Notes: generated by a model from the letters alone, not told the origin. Counted from the stretch's first letter, positions 52,639-63,973 are shown. The stretch is 64,000 bases of DNA from an uncultured Spirochaetota bacterium (GCA_963768055.1 CAVYGN010000002.1:1632001-1696000); one strand, 5' to 3'. A program made the numbers and translations.

Positions 52639-53778
52639 CTATGGCTTTCCAAAATTCCTAAATGCAGATTCCAGTGCCGCTTGTTTTCGCGGATTTTCCT
52701 GAATACTTTTGTCTGAAACAATAGATTTGAGAATGAATAATTCAGTTAAAGCTAAAGGTTGTCCCATACTTACTACTGAAAGATCCGACATAAAAACTAC
52801 CACCATATCTCTTTCAGGTATGACCATTATATATTGACCTCCATAGCCGCATGCTGAAAAACCGCCAAATGGAAGCCCCCACCATAGGAACCCATATCCT
52901 TTATTATTAGAAATTGCAAAATTGCACATTGTTGAATCAATACGGTTGGACAAAGATGCTTCAACCCAATCGGCGGGTATTATCTGGATTCCTTTCCAAT
53001 TGCCTTTTTTTAAATAGAGATATCCGAACCTTGCCATTTCCATTGGAGTCATGGATATTCCATGTCCGCCTGCATTAATACCTTGCGGATCCGTCTGCCA
53101 GGTATAATTTGTAATACCAATCGGTTTTAAGAGAAACTTGTCGGCAAAATCCGATGTTTTCATACCTGTAGTTTTACTCAGTATAACCGATAAAAGATGA
53201 GTCCCCCCGGTATTATAATTAAAAACCGTACCGGGCTTTTCTTTTAAAGGCCTGGTCATAATAAATTCCGTCCAATTCTGTGAAGAAACAAATTGCATAT
53301 ACATATTATACGGGGCATAAAACTCCGGCCAATCAAAACCTGATGTCATAGTAAGCAGGTTTTTTATTGATATTTCTTCTTTGGCTTTATCATTAATTTT
53401 TGATTTTATTTCCGGCAAAAAATCCAGCGCCTTTTGATCTGTATTTTTTATATAACCTTCTCTGATTGCAATTCCGATAAGAGCGGAAGTAAAGCTTTTT
53501 GTAACTGAATGAATTTCACCAATTATTTCTTTTCCGAAACCGCTTTTATAAGCCTCCAATACCAAATAACCATGCCTGATAATTACCACACTGTGTATTT
53601 CAAGTTTATTCGATTGTATATTATTCAGCATATCGGCAAGATAGCCCGAATCCATTCCCTGCGCTTCCGGGGTGGAAGTACGCCAGGTATCGCCGGGATA
53701 ATAGTCATTGCTGTAACAGGTTTCGATTGAAACAAACAAAATAAACACAATACTGGAAAAATAAAAGTCCTTTTTCAT
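52639..53778 (-). CDS. Exported serine hydrolase, beta-lactamase class C-like family
   Basis: SVTK, LLTMTSG, FNYNT, GYGGQ; signal peptide begins at MKKDF (53778). Confidence 0.88.
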   Translation of the reverse strand: MKKDFYFSSIVFILFVSIETCYSNDYYPGDTWRTSTPEAQGMDSGYLADMLNNIQSNKLEIHSVVIIRHGYLVLEAYKSGFGKEIIGEIHSVTKSFTSALIGIAIREGYIKNTDQKALDFLPEIKSKINDKAKEEISIKNLLTMTSGFDWPEFYAPYNMYMQFVSSQNWTEFIMTRPLKEKPGTVFNYNTGGTHLLSVILSKTTGMKTSDFADKFLLKPIGITNYTWQTDPQGINAGGHGISMTPMEMARFGYLYLKKGNWKGIQIIPADWVEASLSNRIDSTMCNFAISNNKGYGFLWWGLPFGGFSACGYGGQYIMVIPERDMVVVFMSDLSVVSMGQPLALTELFILKSIVSDKSIQENPRKQAALESAFRNFGKP

Positions 53779-53978
53779 GACACCCCGCCCCCGTGTGTTA
53801 GGATAGTTGTCGCCTAAAATATTAGGGGATAAAAAATGAATAGTCAAATTCATTCGGAGGAATTGGCCTCTCCCCATTCTTTGGGCCAAATGTTAAGTTA
53901 GTCTTATCCCTCTTTAAGCCAAGAGCAGCTTGAGGAGCAGGGTGGCCTATAACTCAACGAACTGTGAGGTCTTAAATG

Positions 53979-54008
53979 ATTATACTCCCTTCTCCATCTC
54001 TAAGTCAA
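53979..54008 (-). promoter_or_regulatory. Sigma70-like promoter TTGACT-N18-TATAAT
   Basis: Near-consensus boxes ~200 nt upstream of the serine hydrolase start. Confidence 0.5.
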
Positions 54009-54017
54009 TTTATCTCT

Positions 54018-54269
54018 TTATTTCCCTTCCTTAAGCCTATCTTCAAATTCCTTCATAAATTTTATCGGGGATATCCTGATCACAAGGCAAACATTTCTAA
54101 ATTCTATAAAATCAATTCGGCGCTCATTTGATTCATATTTTGAGACATAACTATGGTTCGCCCATTCTAGCTTATCGGCAAGCTGGCTTTGGGTGAGTTT
54201 CTTTTTGACCCGGTACTCTTTTAGCATATCAATAAATAGCTTGTATTCTTTATTATATATGGATTTCAT
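54018..54269 (-). CDS. XRE-family HTH regulator
   Basis: LTQSQLADKL...SYVSKYESNERRIDFIE. Confidence 0.85.
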   Translation of the reverse strand: MKSIYNKEYKLFIDMLKEYRVKKKLTQSQLADKLEWANHSYVSKYESNERRIDFIEFRNVCLVIRISPIKFMKEFEDRLKEGK

Positions 54270-54513
54270 AAAATCATCCTTGTTCGATATTAGAACATTA
54301 TTATATAAAATGTTGACAAATGATCGAACATCCAGACATACTGCAGCAACAAATTTTTATGAACTTACTAAAGATACAGCGACAATGGTAATGTTATTCA
54401 TCTCCACATTACTATAGTTGTAACTCTAATCCAATTAAAGAATTAGAGAACTCTCTTTTTAGCGGTTATTGATTCGTTACAGATTGGTTATACCGGATAT
54501 AACCACCTGAAAT

Positions 54514-56007
54514 CTATCTTTTGCTTTTTTTTGAGATAAGATGAGTGAGTTCCAGCCTGTTGCTCGTACCGGTTTTCGTATAAATGCTGTTGACATGCTT
54601 TTTCAGCGTCGACATCGATATGAATAATCTATCGGAGATTTTAATATACTGCTGTCCCCTTATCAGCAGCATCATAACCTCTTTCTCTCTCGGGGATATC
54701 GAATAGAATTCGCAGAAGGATTCGATCCGGGGATCATCGGACTGCATGGACAGGATGGGATTCTTGTGAAATTCGGCGACCCTCATTGAAAGCATGATGT
54801 CGTAAATTAGAATATATACGAGCATTCCGAGGGGAATGATCATCCCTGAATTGACAATCAGGTTGCTGTAAAGGATGTCGTTCATGACAACGGCAGCCAA
54901 GATCATAACGCCAGTAAAGGTGAGCACGGATCCTTCCCTTTTTCTGAACAATGAGAGGAGGATAATATAAAAGCCATAAATAACAACCAATATAAGGACA
55001 ATTTGGGCGACCGTCAGAGAGTAAGTGTTGATTTTTACAGGTGTCAGGAGGGCGAAAATGGATAACGCAGTCCCAATCGCTGTAAATCCTGAAATGATAT
55101 GGATGCTTGTCTCCCTTTTGAAAAGCGATCTGAGGAAAAATAAAAAGCATGGGGGAGCCAGATCGATTATCGAGCAATTCATCTTGTAAAAGTATTCAAA
55201 GCTCAGGTTTTCGAAAAATATTTTATAGATAAAATTGCTGGTTAATGCGGTGCGGAGCCCGATAAGGAGGCAGAAGATCCCGAAATAGAGAAAAGACCTG
55301 TCCCACCTATTGAAAGAGAAAAGGATAAGCTGATAAATTCCTGTGATCAGCAGAATTCCGGTTAAAATTACCTCCATAGTGGAATTTTGCTGGTCCCTGA
55401 GATAAATACCCTCTTCCGAACCTAAATAAATACTGTTCCAGACTCCGCCGTGCCTGTCCTTGAAATTCGATATCTGGATGACAATTTCAATCTGTTTGTG
55501 AATGGGTTTAAAGTAGAGGGGTCTATAAGAAATTTTTTCAAGCATCTGCCCTTCGGATGGACCGACTACTCCGCTTTGAAACGTCCTGCGTCCGTTGATC
55601 CAGAGATAATAAGCAGTTCCTATCTCACCTGTTTCGAAACCAAGGGTCGAGTTAGTGTCAGGAAGGCATACTTTGAGCCGTATGGTGCAGCACCCCCGTC
55701 CCGGGTAATTTATACCGCCGCTTGTAAACCTGTCCCAGGTTCCCGGGACATTCAAATAATTCGTGCATATTATCCCTTTATTAGTTGCAAAATCCTCGGG
55801 AGTAAGCAGTCTCTGCCAGTAAAACTCCCAATCGCCGTCAAGCTTCACAATTCCGTCTTTGTAAAAATCCCAGGATGTTAGATCCATAATACCATTTTTT
55901 ACGAATGGCCGTCTCTCCGGAACAGACAGGCAGCCCGATAACCCGGAAAATAACATGAAAGCAAAGAATAAAAGGAGAATGTTTTGGGACAATCCCTCGG
56001 TTTTCAT
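54514..56007 (-). CDS. Membrane one-component regulator: 7TM-DISM sensor plus LuxR HTH
   Basis: LDGDWEFYW jelly-roll domain, 7 TM helices, ISPREKEV...ISDRLFISMSTLKKHVNSIYTK. Confidence 0.85.
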   Translation of the reverse strand: MKTEGLSQNILLLFFAFMLFSGLSGCLSVPERRPFVKNGIMDLTSWDFYKDGIVKLDGDWEFYWQRLLTPEDFATNKGIICTNYLNVPGTWDRFTSGGINYPGRGCCTIRLKVCLPDTNSTLGFETGEIGTAYYLWINGRRTFQSGVVGPSEGQMLEKISYRPLYFKPIHKQIEIVIQISNFKDRHGGVWNSIYLGSEEGIYLRDQQNSTMEVILTGILLITGIYQLILFSFNRWDRSFLYFGIFCLLIGLRTALTSNFIYKIFFENLSFEYFYKMNCSIIDLAPPCFLFFLRSLFKRETSIHIISGFTAIGTALSIFALLTPVKINTYSLTVAQIVLILVVIYGFYIILLSLFRKREGSVLTFTGVMILAAVVMNDILYSNLIVNSGMIIPLGMLVYILIYDIMLSMRVAEFHKNPILSMQSDDPRIESFCEFYSISPREKEVMMLLIRGQQYIKISDRLFISMSTLKKHVNSIYTKTGTSNRLELTHLISKKSKR

Positions 56008-56385
56008 TATTACTATACACCACTTCAATATTAATAAAATGTAATAACGGGAAAAATTTTTCAAAACAGACAGACTATCAGTATAAATCCGGGAGATGTA
56101 AATTGAAAATTCCTGTTGTAAATTTATCGAGGAATGTTGTTCCAAGTCAAGACCGGACATGTTTCACTGGAAAATTCACAAGCCTCTGTGTTCCCTGCTT
56201 TTGGTCCTGGCCTTCATGGCCTTCACGGAACGGGAAAAATGCCGATCGCTGATTCGAAAACAACACCTTTTAAAAAATGGAACAAAAGTTCTATTGAATT
56301 GGGAATTATTTTATTCAATAATTAATAATTGGAAGTATTTTAAAAATAGAAGTTGAGTCTTCAATTACAAAAGGAGATCGCTAAA

Positions 56386-57636
56386 TTGAGAAAAACACCG
56401 GATTTCATTACTCTGGTAATTTTTGCCGCAGCTCTGCTTTCATCCTGCTCGAATTCCCCCGGAGGCGGCGGGAGCAGCAGTTCTAACGGCAGCAGCTGGC
56501 CATACGTTCCCGTAGTAAAGTATTCGCCGAGCCAGGCCTCATGCCCCTCGATTTCGACGGACGGAAAGGGCGGATTTTATATTGTTTTCATCGATATGAG
56601 AAAAGGGAATAAAGTCACCGTAATGTGCAATTCGGGGGCTGGATGGTCGCCCATCGGAAGCCCCGGGTTTTCGGCAGGGCAGGCCGCCTGGGTATCGCTC
56701 GCTCTGGATCCCGCCGGAACGCCCTTTGTGGCCTTCGAGGACTACAGTATCCCGAGCGGCGACGGCGGAAAAGTTTCCGTAATGAAATATAACGGTTCCG
56801 GATGGGTTCTTGTGGGTAATGCCGGCTTCTCGGCCGGAAGGGCGGTCAATGTAACCATCAGGATGAACGGAACGGCGCCCTATGTGGCATACAGCGACGC
56901 GGCCCTGGGAAGCAAAGCGGCTGTCATGACATTCGACGGCTCTTCCTGGAGATATGCCGGAAGCGCCGGGATAACCCCGGGAGCCGCCGGGGACATCAAC
57001 CTTGCAGTCGACGGATCGGGAAATATCTATCTGGGTTATACGGACTGGAAAACGCCGAACTCATGCTCGCCTCGCGTTCAGAAATACGATTCCACATCCT
57101 GGACTGATTTCTATAATACATATATTCTCGTATCCGGAGTTCAATATACTTCGATGGCTATAGACGGAATCGGCACTCCCTATATTGCATTCTTTATTGA
57201 AAATGTAAGTGAAGAAATAGGCGCAATATCCAATGACGACGATGAATGGCATGTCTGGGCACAAATAGGCGGCAATAATTGGGGTAATAATTGCCTTTCG
57301 CCGGCATATTCTGGCTTTACTGCGGCAGGCCTCTCCCTTGCAGTAGACAGCCCCAGTGGTACGCCGTATATCGCATATGTAGATGAAGCCTTTTATAACG
57401 GTTCGTTCTACCAGTCTACAAACAGCCTCGTAGTCATCAACTATAATTATGCACAGCATGCCTGGCAGGCGGTCGGAAATTTCGATTTCACTCCAGGCAC
57501 CGCTTCGGGAGTTTCGCTTGTTGTAACGAACGGGACTCCCTACGTGGCGTTTATCGACGGCAATTCCGGGGGACGCATTTCAGTCATGAGATACGACGGG
57601 TCCTCCTGGTCCTACTACGGCAATCCGGGGCTCTGA
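56386..57636 (+). CDS. Lipoprotein with repeated beta-propeller-like blades
   Basis: Lipobox LSSC; repeats of SLAxD..GTPYVAY.D....V.VM.YxGxxWxxVGxxGF. Confidence 0.75.
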   Translation: MRKTPDFITLVIFAAALLSSCSNSPGGGGSSSSNGSSWPYVPVVKYSPSQASCPSISTDGKGGFYIVFIDMRKGNKVTVMCNSGAGWSPIGSPGFSAGQAAWVSLALDPAGTPFVAFEDYSIPSGDGGKVSVMKYNGSGWVLVGNAGFSAGRAVNVTIRMNGTAPYVAYSDAALGSKAAVMTFDGSSWRYAGSAGITPGAAGDINLAVDGSGNIYLGYTDWKTPNSCSPRVQKYDSTSWTDFYNTYILVSGVQYTSMAIDGIGTPYIAFFIENVSEEIGAISNDDDEWHVWAQIGGNNWGNNCLSPAYSGFTAAGLSLAVDSPSGTPYIAYVDEAFYNGSFYQSTNSLVVINYNYAQHAWQAVGNFDFTPGTASGVSLVVTNGTPYVAFIDGNSGGRISVMRYDGSSWSYYGNPGL

Positions 57637-57665
57637 ATAAAATCCGATGACGGAGAAACGTATAT

Positions 57666-58598
57666 ATGTATTTTAAAAAAATATTTATTTTTCTTACCGC
57701 TTTAATGATAGCGATTACCCTCGCGAACTGCTCCATTGATCCGGCCGGCGAGCCGCATGCACAGCCGGGGGGGAGCAGGCTTCATCCGCTTGGCGCAAAA
57801 TTCGACTCTCCCTCGAAAATTTCCGAAAGCATTTCCGTATTTCCATCCAAGCTCAAGGCATCCCAGCTTCCTTTGTCCTACGACCTTTCCCCCGATATGC
57901 CCCCGGTTGGCGATCAGGGATTCGAGTCTTCATGTGTCGGATGGTCCACTACTTATTACATGAAGACATTTCTCGAGACGGAAAGGGCTCAGGGAGGCTG
58001 GAACCCCCTTCTGGCAACCGGACAGTTCTCCCCGGCCTGGACCTACAACCAGATAAACGGAGGCTCCGACAACGGTGCTTATCCCTCCGATGCCATGAAC
58101 CTTATTTTGTACAAGGGGGCAGACACTCTTTCGGACTTTCCATGGGACCAGAATGACTTCACAACCCTGCCGGACGCCTCGCAGGTTGCGAATGCCTCCA
58201 AGTATGTGGAATCGGCCTGGCAGTTCATTTCCCTCGATGTTAATTCGATCAAGTCCGCCCTTGCCTCCGGAAGGCCGGTCGTAATTTCCATCCTGGTATT
58301 CACCCCCGATTTCGATCTTATCGGAACCTCTTACTCGAAAACAGGGGACTGCTATTCGACCACAAATTTATACAAAAGTTTCTTTTGGCCTGATTATGGC
58401 CCTATCACGAGCTTCTTCAGGGGAGGCCATGCAATCTGCCTTGTAGGATACGACGATAATAAGCCGGACGGCATCAACGGACAGGGGGCCTTCAAGTTCG
58501 TCAATTCATGGGGTGTCTCTTACGGTGTTAACGGCTACGGATGGATATCCTACGGCCTCGTCAACATCGTAATCGAGGAAGCTGTTACATTCGACTGA
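57666..58598 (+). CDS. Papain-like C1A cysteine peptidase, lipoprotein
   Basis: LANC lipobox; DQG..SSCVGW, GGHA, NSWG. Confidence 0.9.
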   Translation: MYFKKIFIFLTALMIAITLANCSIDPAGEPHAQPGGSRLHPLGAKFDSPSKISESISVFPSKLKASQLPLSYDLSPDMPPVGDQGFESSCVGWSTTYYMKTFLETERAQGGWNPLLATGQFSPAWTYNQINGGSDNGAYPSDAMNLILYKGADTLSDFPWDQNDFTTLPDASQVANASKYVESAWQFISLDVNSIKSALASGRPVVISILVFTPDFDLIGTSYSKTGDCYSTTNLYKSFFWPDYGPITSFFRGGHAICLVGYDDNKPDGINGQGAFKFVNSWGVSYGVNGYGWISYGLVNIVIEEAVTFD

Positions 58599-58640
58599 AT
58601 GGGTTTTTATATAGAAAATCTGCGGGTCAATAACCGGAGG

Positions 58641-59117
58641 CTAAAAGGAGTGTAAAATGCGAATGATTGAACTCATCTTATTCCAGGCGATAATCGCCGC
58701 AGTTTGCTCATGCTCTTTTGTTGGGCCCGGCGGCTCCCTCATTTTGCCATTCCAGTCACCGTATAGAGTATAACCGATTTGTTTTGTTTTATCTATCAAG
58801 GCACCTTCCCATAAGCCTGTAAATGGCCAAAACGCCTGGGAACAATCTGCTACGGCAAATACAAATATTGCATTTTGAGCCGGCCTATCCATACCGTTAT
58901 AATAATCCTGCAACTCTTTTTTAAGGGCATTATTTTTATCAGATGTGTCTTTGGTTTCATAAAAACATAGAATCAAATTTGTCTTTAAATCCGATAATGA
59001 AATTGTCTTATGGTCCCCTGAAGATAATTTAAAATCAGGAGCTTTAATTTGATCTTCCGGGAAAACACAATTTGTTATTAATAGCCCAAAAATATAAATG
59101 TAAATAATTTTAAGCAT
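58641..59117 (-). CDS. Thioredoxin-like fold (YtfJ-like) protein, C-terminus probably truncated
   Basis: KAPDFKL...ISLSDLK...FYET...LYGDWNGKM, then an unrelated-looking tail. Confidence 0.5.
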   Translation of the reverse strand: MLKIIYIYIFGLLITNCVFPEDQIKAPDFKLSSGDHKTISLSDLKTNLILCFYETKDTSDKNNALKKELQDYYNGMDRPAQNAIFVFAVADCSQAFWPFTGLWEGALIDKTKQIGYTLYGDWNGKMREPPGPTKEHEQTAAIIAWNKMSSIIRILHSF

Positions 59118-59286
59118 TTATTATTCCTCCTATTTGTTTAAGAAGAATATCATGTTATCAATATGTTTTCAACCGAGTAAGAATTTCCCCCTGATATTCC
59201 CGATCCGGACCTGCCTGGTAAGAAAATTGACACAATCATACGCCGGAAATAGAATAATCCTGATGAGTTCAATTCAGGGAGGGTGT

Positions 59287-61179
59287 ATGGTCCGGAATAT
59301 TCTTGGAAATATTCTTGTTTGTATTAAATATTTTTTTCTTCTTTCAGCCGTCGCTACGCCCGCTTTTATTTCAGGGCAGGATACCGGCATCGTCCGCTAT
59401 AAGCCTTCGGCGGTTTTGATTCCGCTTGGAAGTACAAATAATACCGGATCTTATTCGAATGTTTATTCCAGGGTAACCGGAAGGTTCAGGTCGTATGAAG
59501 GAATTAATCTGATCACCAACGGGCCTGTCCTGGACAGGCTCCTGGGAATGATGCCTGAAGATAAGGGTTCGGATAATTTTTATGAAATTTGCGACAAGGT
59601 TAAGAAATTCGCATATGAACATTTCATAGATGAGATATTTTTAATAAAAAGCGGGGTAACCCCGGACGATTTAATCGATTTCTGCGATATACATATCGAC
59701 GACGACATGTCATTTAACCAGATGAACGAACGGACAGAACAGGAAAAATTTACCGAATACTTCGTGCAAACCGAATTGACAAATTTTTTTGCATACGGGG
59801 ATTCCGGCCTCCGTTATAATAATCCGGATTTCCTGAATTTCAAGGGGAAATTCCATATTAAGGATTTGAAAACGGGAAAGAAGCTGGATCTTGAGAAATA
59901 CCTCGGCAGGCTCGTCGTTTTGGCCCAATTTCCGGCTTCAGGATTCGACTTTTCTAAATATAACCGGATGAAGGATATCTTTTTCAAGCTGAATTATAAA
60001 TTTCCGGATATAGTCACAATTTTCGGTTTATACGATTCTTCCGCAAACGGTAAAAATTTTAAAGGCGGGGATGTTTTGAAGGAGATGGGCGTCCTGGCCG
60101 ATCCCGGGCTCGCATTTCCCGTCGCCGACGTCACTTCCCTGCCCAGGGACGGGCATGATGAGGAATTCTTCGGGGCCTGCTATTACGGATATTTGACTCC
60201 GGGCGGGATGACCAACAGGCAATTTGACGCGTTTGCCCATAACAGGCTGATTTTCAGGAGACTCGAAGATATTATTCCGCCGGAAAAGCGGGACGGCATC
60301 AGGACGACACTGGTCGAGGCGGCAAGGGATGATGATCTCTCCCGGGTAAACAGGCTTATTAAAGAAGGCGCCGACCCTCTCTTCGTCGAAGACAGCCGTT
60401 ATGCCCTGGATTGGGCTGTTTATTATAATAACAGCGTTATGATTGAAGCGTTAACCGGCACGAACACTGAGTCCGACGATATTTATCATGCGGCGTATAT
60501 GGCGATCGTCAACGGGAAGAAAGAAATTTTCGCCGGTCTTGCCGAAAAAATCGGCAGGTCGGGGAAACCGGTTGTCTGGAAGCTGAGGTATCTTTACTCC
60601 CTGGCGGAAAAGGCATCGGATAAGGACTGCATGACAGTTTTAGATAAATCGTTTCCTGCAATCGCGTTTTTTCTCAGGAGCGATTTCACTTTCGAAAGCC
60701 TCATCGCTTCGGGAATTAAACCCGGCATCGATCCCGATTATCCCTTTCCTGTTTCGCCTCAGCCTTTTAAATCCCATGAATGCGAGCTTTACGCCATGAA
60801 GCATTTATTGAAATATAAATATAACTTCAATCTGGATATACCCAAATGGGAAAAGAAGATGAAAAAGGGCCCGCGCGATTATTGGTTTTTCTCCCAGGAT
60901 GCCGACGTCGCTTACGGGGAAGGGTTCGATTTCGAATTTTACACGATAAATAAGGCCGATCCCGGTATTTTTTTCTATTATCTCTCTAAAGGCGAACCCG
61001 TGATCACGGAAAGGATTTTCGGGCAGGACAGGCACTCGGTCGTCGCCTATTCCTGGGATGCGAACGGGGTATGGCTCTCGGATTCGGGTAACGGCAAGAG
61101 GTGGGTCATTCCCGCTGAAAAGCTTTTAACCAACAATATATTTACCATGAGGATTATAAAAAAGGCCGGTCCGAAATAA
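59287..61179 (+). CDS. Exported protein with ankyrin-like repeat and C39-like peptidase C-terminus
   Basis: LVEAARDDD..V.RLIKEGADP...ALDWAV; Q..SHEC, DRHSVV, LSDSG (Cys-His-Asp). Confidence 0.6.
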   Translation: MVRNILGNILVCIKYFFLLSAVATPAFISGQDTGIVRYKPSAVLIPLGSTNNTGSYSNVYSRVTGRFRSYEGINLITNGPVLDRLLGMMPEDKGSDNFYEICDKVKKFAYEHFIDEIFLIKSGVTPDDLIDFCDIHIDDDMSFNQMNERTEQEKFTEYFVQTELTNFFAYGDSGLRYNNPDFLNFKGKFHIKDLKTGKKLDLEKYLGRLVVLAQFPASGFDFSKYNRMKDIFFKLNYKFPDIVTIFGLYDSSANGKNFKGGDVLKEMGVLADPGLAFPVADVTSLPRDGHDEEFFGACYYGYLTPGGMTNRQFDAFAHNRLIFRRLEDIIPPEKRDGIRTTLVEAARDDDLSRVNRLIKEGADPLFVEDSRYALDWAVYYNNSVMIEALTGTNTESDDIYHAAYMAIVNGKKEIFAGLAEKIGRSGKPVVWKLRYLYSLAEKASDKDCMTVLDKSFPAIAFFLRSDFTFESLIASGIKPGIDPDYPFPVSPQPFKSHECELYAMKHLLKYKYNFNLDIPKWEKKMKKGPRDYWFFSQDADVAYGEGFDFEFYTINKADPGIFFYYLSKGEPVITERIFGQDRHSVVAYSWDANGVWLSDSGNGKRWVIPAEKLLTNNIFTMRIIKKAGPK

Positions 61180-61194
61180 AGTCTGGAGGGAATC

Positions 61195-63056
61195 ATGGAT
61201 AAGAAGTGTTTTTTTCTGCCGATCTGTTTCATGTTTTTGTTATTTACGTTTTCTCATGGCATGACCCGTTATAAACCATCGGTTGTATTAATACCGCTTG
61301 GAAGCACCAACAGTCCCGAGGCCTATGCTAAGGCGTATTCAATATTGTTCGGAAGGATAAGGTCTTTCGGAGGGATAAACCTGATAACGAACGGGCCCGC
61401 ACTTCAGGGGCTCCTTGAAAGGATGCCCGAAGGGGCCGAAACAAACAGCTTTATAACGATCCATGAAAAAATAATCGGCTTTGCTTACGAACATTTCATC
61501 GACGAGGTTTTTTTGATAAAAAACGGAAAAACATCAAGCGAGTTTGTCGATGTCATCGGCAGACATGTCGATAACGGGCACTGGTCATGGAATTACAACG
61601 AAACAGTGTTCACTGAAGAAAATCTTAACCTTCAGATAGACGGCTTGATAACAAATATGCTGACCGGAGTTGCCGCGGAGAGCTGGTCGGATCCGAATTT
61701 TTTGAATTTCGACGGGAATCTCTCTCTTAAGGATTTAAAATCAGGAAAAATGTTTGATCTTAAAAAATGCAGGGGGAAACTGGTGGTATTGTCCCAGTGC
61801 CCGGCCTCCGCTTTCAAACAAGAAGAATACGTGAGGATGAAGGCCATCTTCGGCAAACTGCATTATAAATTTCCGGATATTGAAACCATTTTCGGTGTGC
61901 ATGACTCGGCAATGAACGGGGAAAATATCAAAGGAAAAGACGTGCTCAGGGAAAATGGAGTGCTTACCGATCAGGACTTCGACTACCCGGTTGTTGACAT
62001 ATCCCCCCTTCCGTTGAAAGGAAAGCAGATATCTATCTTTTCACCATTATTAACATTTAACTATGGATATCTGACCGATAAAGGAATGACCAATAAAAAA
62101 TTCGAGGTTTATACTCATGAAAGGTTTATTTTCGGGAACCTCGAGGAAATTTTACCGCCGGAAAAAAGGGCCGAAGTCAGGACGACCCTTGTAGAGGCGG
62201 CCAGGGACGATGACCTTCCGATGGTTAAAAAGCTTATTGAAGAAGGAGCGAGCCCTCTTGTAGACGAGGACTATGTTACGCTCTCGATTGGGCCGTCTTC
62301 CATGAAAACAACGCAATGATAAATGAAATAACGGGGTTAAGGACCGGCGGTTTCGATTTCTACCATGCCCTTTATACCGCGCTGACAACCGGGAAGAAGG
62401 AGATTTTCAAAAACCTTGCCGTGAAAATCGGGAAATCTGCCAAAAAGGACTACCCGACGCTCAGGAATATATTTATTCATGCCGCAGAATCGGAGGACAA
62501 GGACTATCTGGCCGCTCTTGATCAAGCCTTCCCCGAGGTTTCTTTTTTCTTCAGCCCCTCTTTCACTTTCGAAGGCCTTGCCGTTTCGGGTATAAAACCG
62601 GGCATAAACCCGGAATATCAATTTCCTGTTTCGCCCCAGCCCTTTAAGTCACATGAATGCGAGCTTTATGCCTTGAAGCATTTATTGAAATACAAGTATA
62701 ATTTCAGCCTGGATATACCCAAGTGGGAAAAGAAGATGAAAAAAGGCCCTCGTGACTATTGGTTTTTCTCCGAATGCGCCGGCGTCGTCTTCAGCGAGGG
62801 TTTCGATTACGAGTATTATACAGACAATAAAACAGATGCGGGGCTGTTTTTCTTTTATCTCTCCAGGGGCGAACCGGTTATCACCGAAAGGATGTTCGGA
62901 AAAGACCGGCACTCGGTCGTCGCTTATTCCTGGGATGCTAACGGTGTCTGGCTTTCAGATTCGGGTAACGGCAAGAGGTGGGTGATACCGGCCCAAAAGC
63001 TTATTACCAATGATATTTTCACGATGAGAGTTATTAAAAAGGCGGATTCTAAATAA
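61195..63056 (+). pseudogene. Tandem paralogue of the previous gene, frameshifted near 62275
   Basis: One base is missing in GAC TAT GT TAC GCT CTC GAT TGG relative to the paralogue's DSRYALDW. Confidence 0.8.
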
Positions 63057-63123
63057 AACCTTTCAGGGCAAATATTTGTATAAACAACAGGGTTAGTATT
63101 TTCTCCTGTTTCCATTTTATATT

Positions 63124-63474
63124 TTATTTCTCATTATTAATAAAGACTTTAAAATCTTCTATGCCTGAAGTATTACTAACTGCCAAGTCTGTTCCATTGA
63201 CAACCTTATTCAATTGATACATTATGCGTTCGGGCGGAGTTTCGAACCCGATTAATGATTCTTGCTCATCAGAGCTATTACTTAACTCTAAATATACTTT
63301 TACTAATATTGCATCTGTTGCTTTTTTGAATTCTAACTTTTCATAAGTTAAAGCTATTTTTGAATTTTGTAATGGAAATAAATTGTCCCCGCTGGCAAAA
63401 TAAAAACTATCATCAGAAAATAAATAAGGGCTTATAAAAAGAAGAAAAGGAGCAATAAATAAAAATATTTTCAT
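63124..63474 (-). pseudogene. N-terminal fragment of an exported DUF4424/YARHG-type protein
   Basis: Signal peptide, DDSFYFASGDNLFP...EKLEF...IGFETP...DFKVFIN, then early stop. Confidence 0.45.
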
Positions 63475-63957
63475 TTCATAATCCCCAAATAAGTTAATAA
63501 CTCGTTCTGAATTTTATAAGGTATATCTAATAATTAAATGTAAATAATTATATCACCCCTCCTGTTCCCTATCCATCTCTTTTTCGTATCCATCCTTTCA
63601 ACTTTGGGATAATCTGAAATATTAAAATCAGGAGGAATCCCATGTTCTATCATATCAACAGCATACCCAACAACAAGAAGTAGCTTGACCAGTTCTGCAC
63701 TGAAAACTTTGTGCTAATGAAACAGAAGGGCATTGTTGAAACCGCACCCTACGGGCATAAACCCTATGGGCCCAACCTTGCCGCCCTTGTGCCGACTTGC
63801 TCGGCGTGAAAAGGCGGTTATTAGAAGGGCCCATAAAATAGAGTGGGTATAAATTGGTACCAATTTGGGTACACTAAATTTGAAACTTTTTGAAAATGAG
63901 ACAAACTTAATTGTTGCTCATTAAAAGAAATAGGAAAATTAAAGACTTATTGTTTTA

Positions 63958-63973
63958 TCCCGCTCTCTCCGAT
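63958..63973 (+). repeat. att-like direct repeat, copy 2
   Basis: Identical to 50169-50184; preceded by TGG(G)TA repeats at ~63845-63872. Confidence 0.75.

Noticed and set aside
53779..53889. N-terminal extensions given in the ORF track (also 56008..56160 and 59134..59286)
   Set aside because: Signal peptides and/or RBSs fit downstream starts at 53778, 56007 and 59287.
59371..63115. Numerous short antisense or overlapping ORFs here and elsewhere in the window
   Set aside because: They are shadows of longer genes with recognisable motifs.
63768..63835. GGGCCC-bounded hairpin as an ncRNA
   Set aside because: It can fold, but I recognise no family, promoter or associated ORF to support a call.
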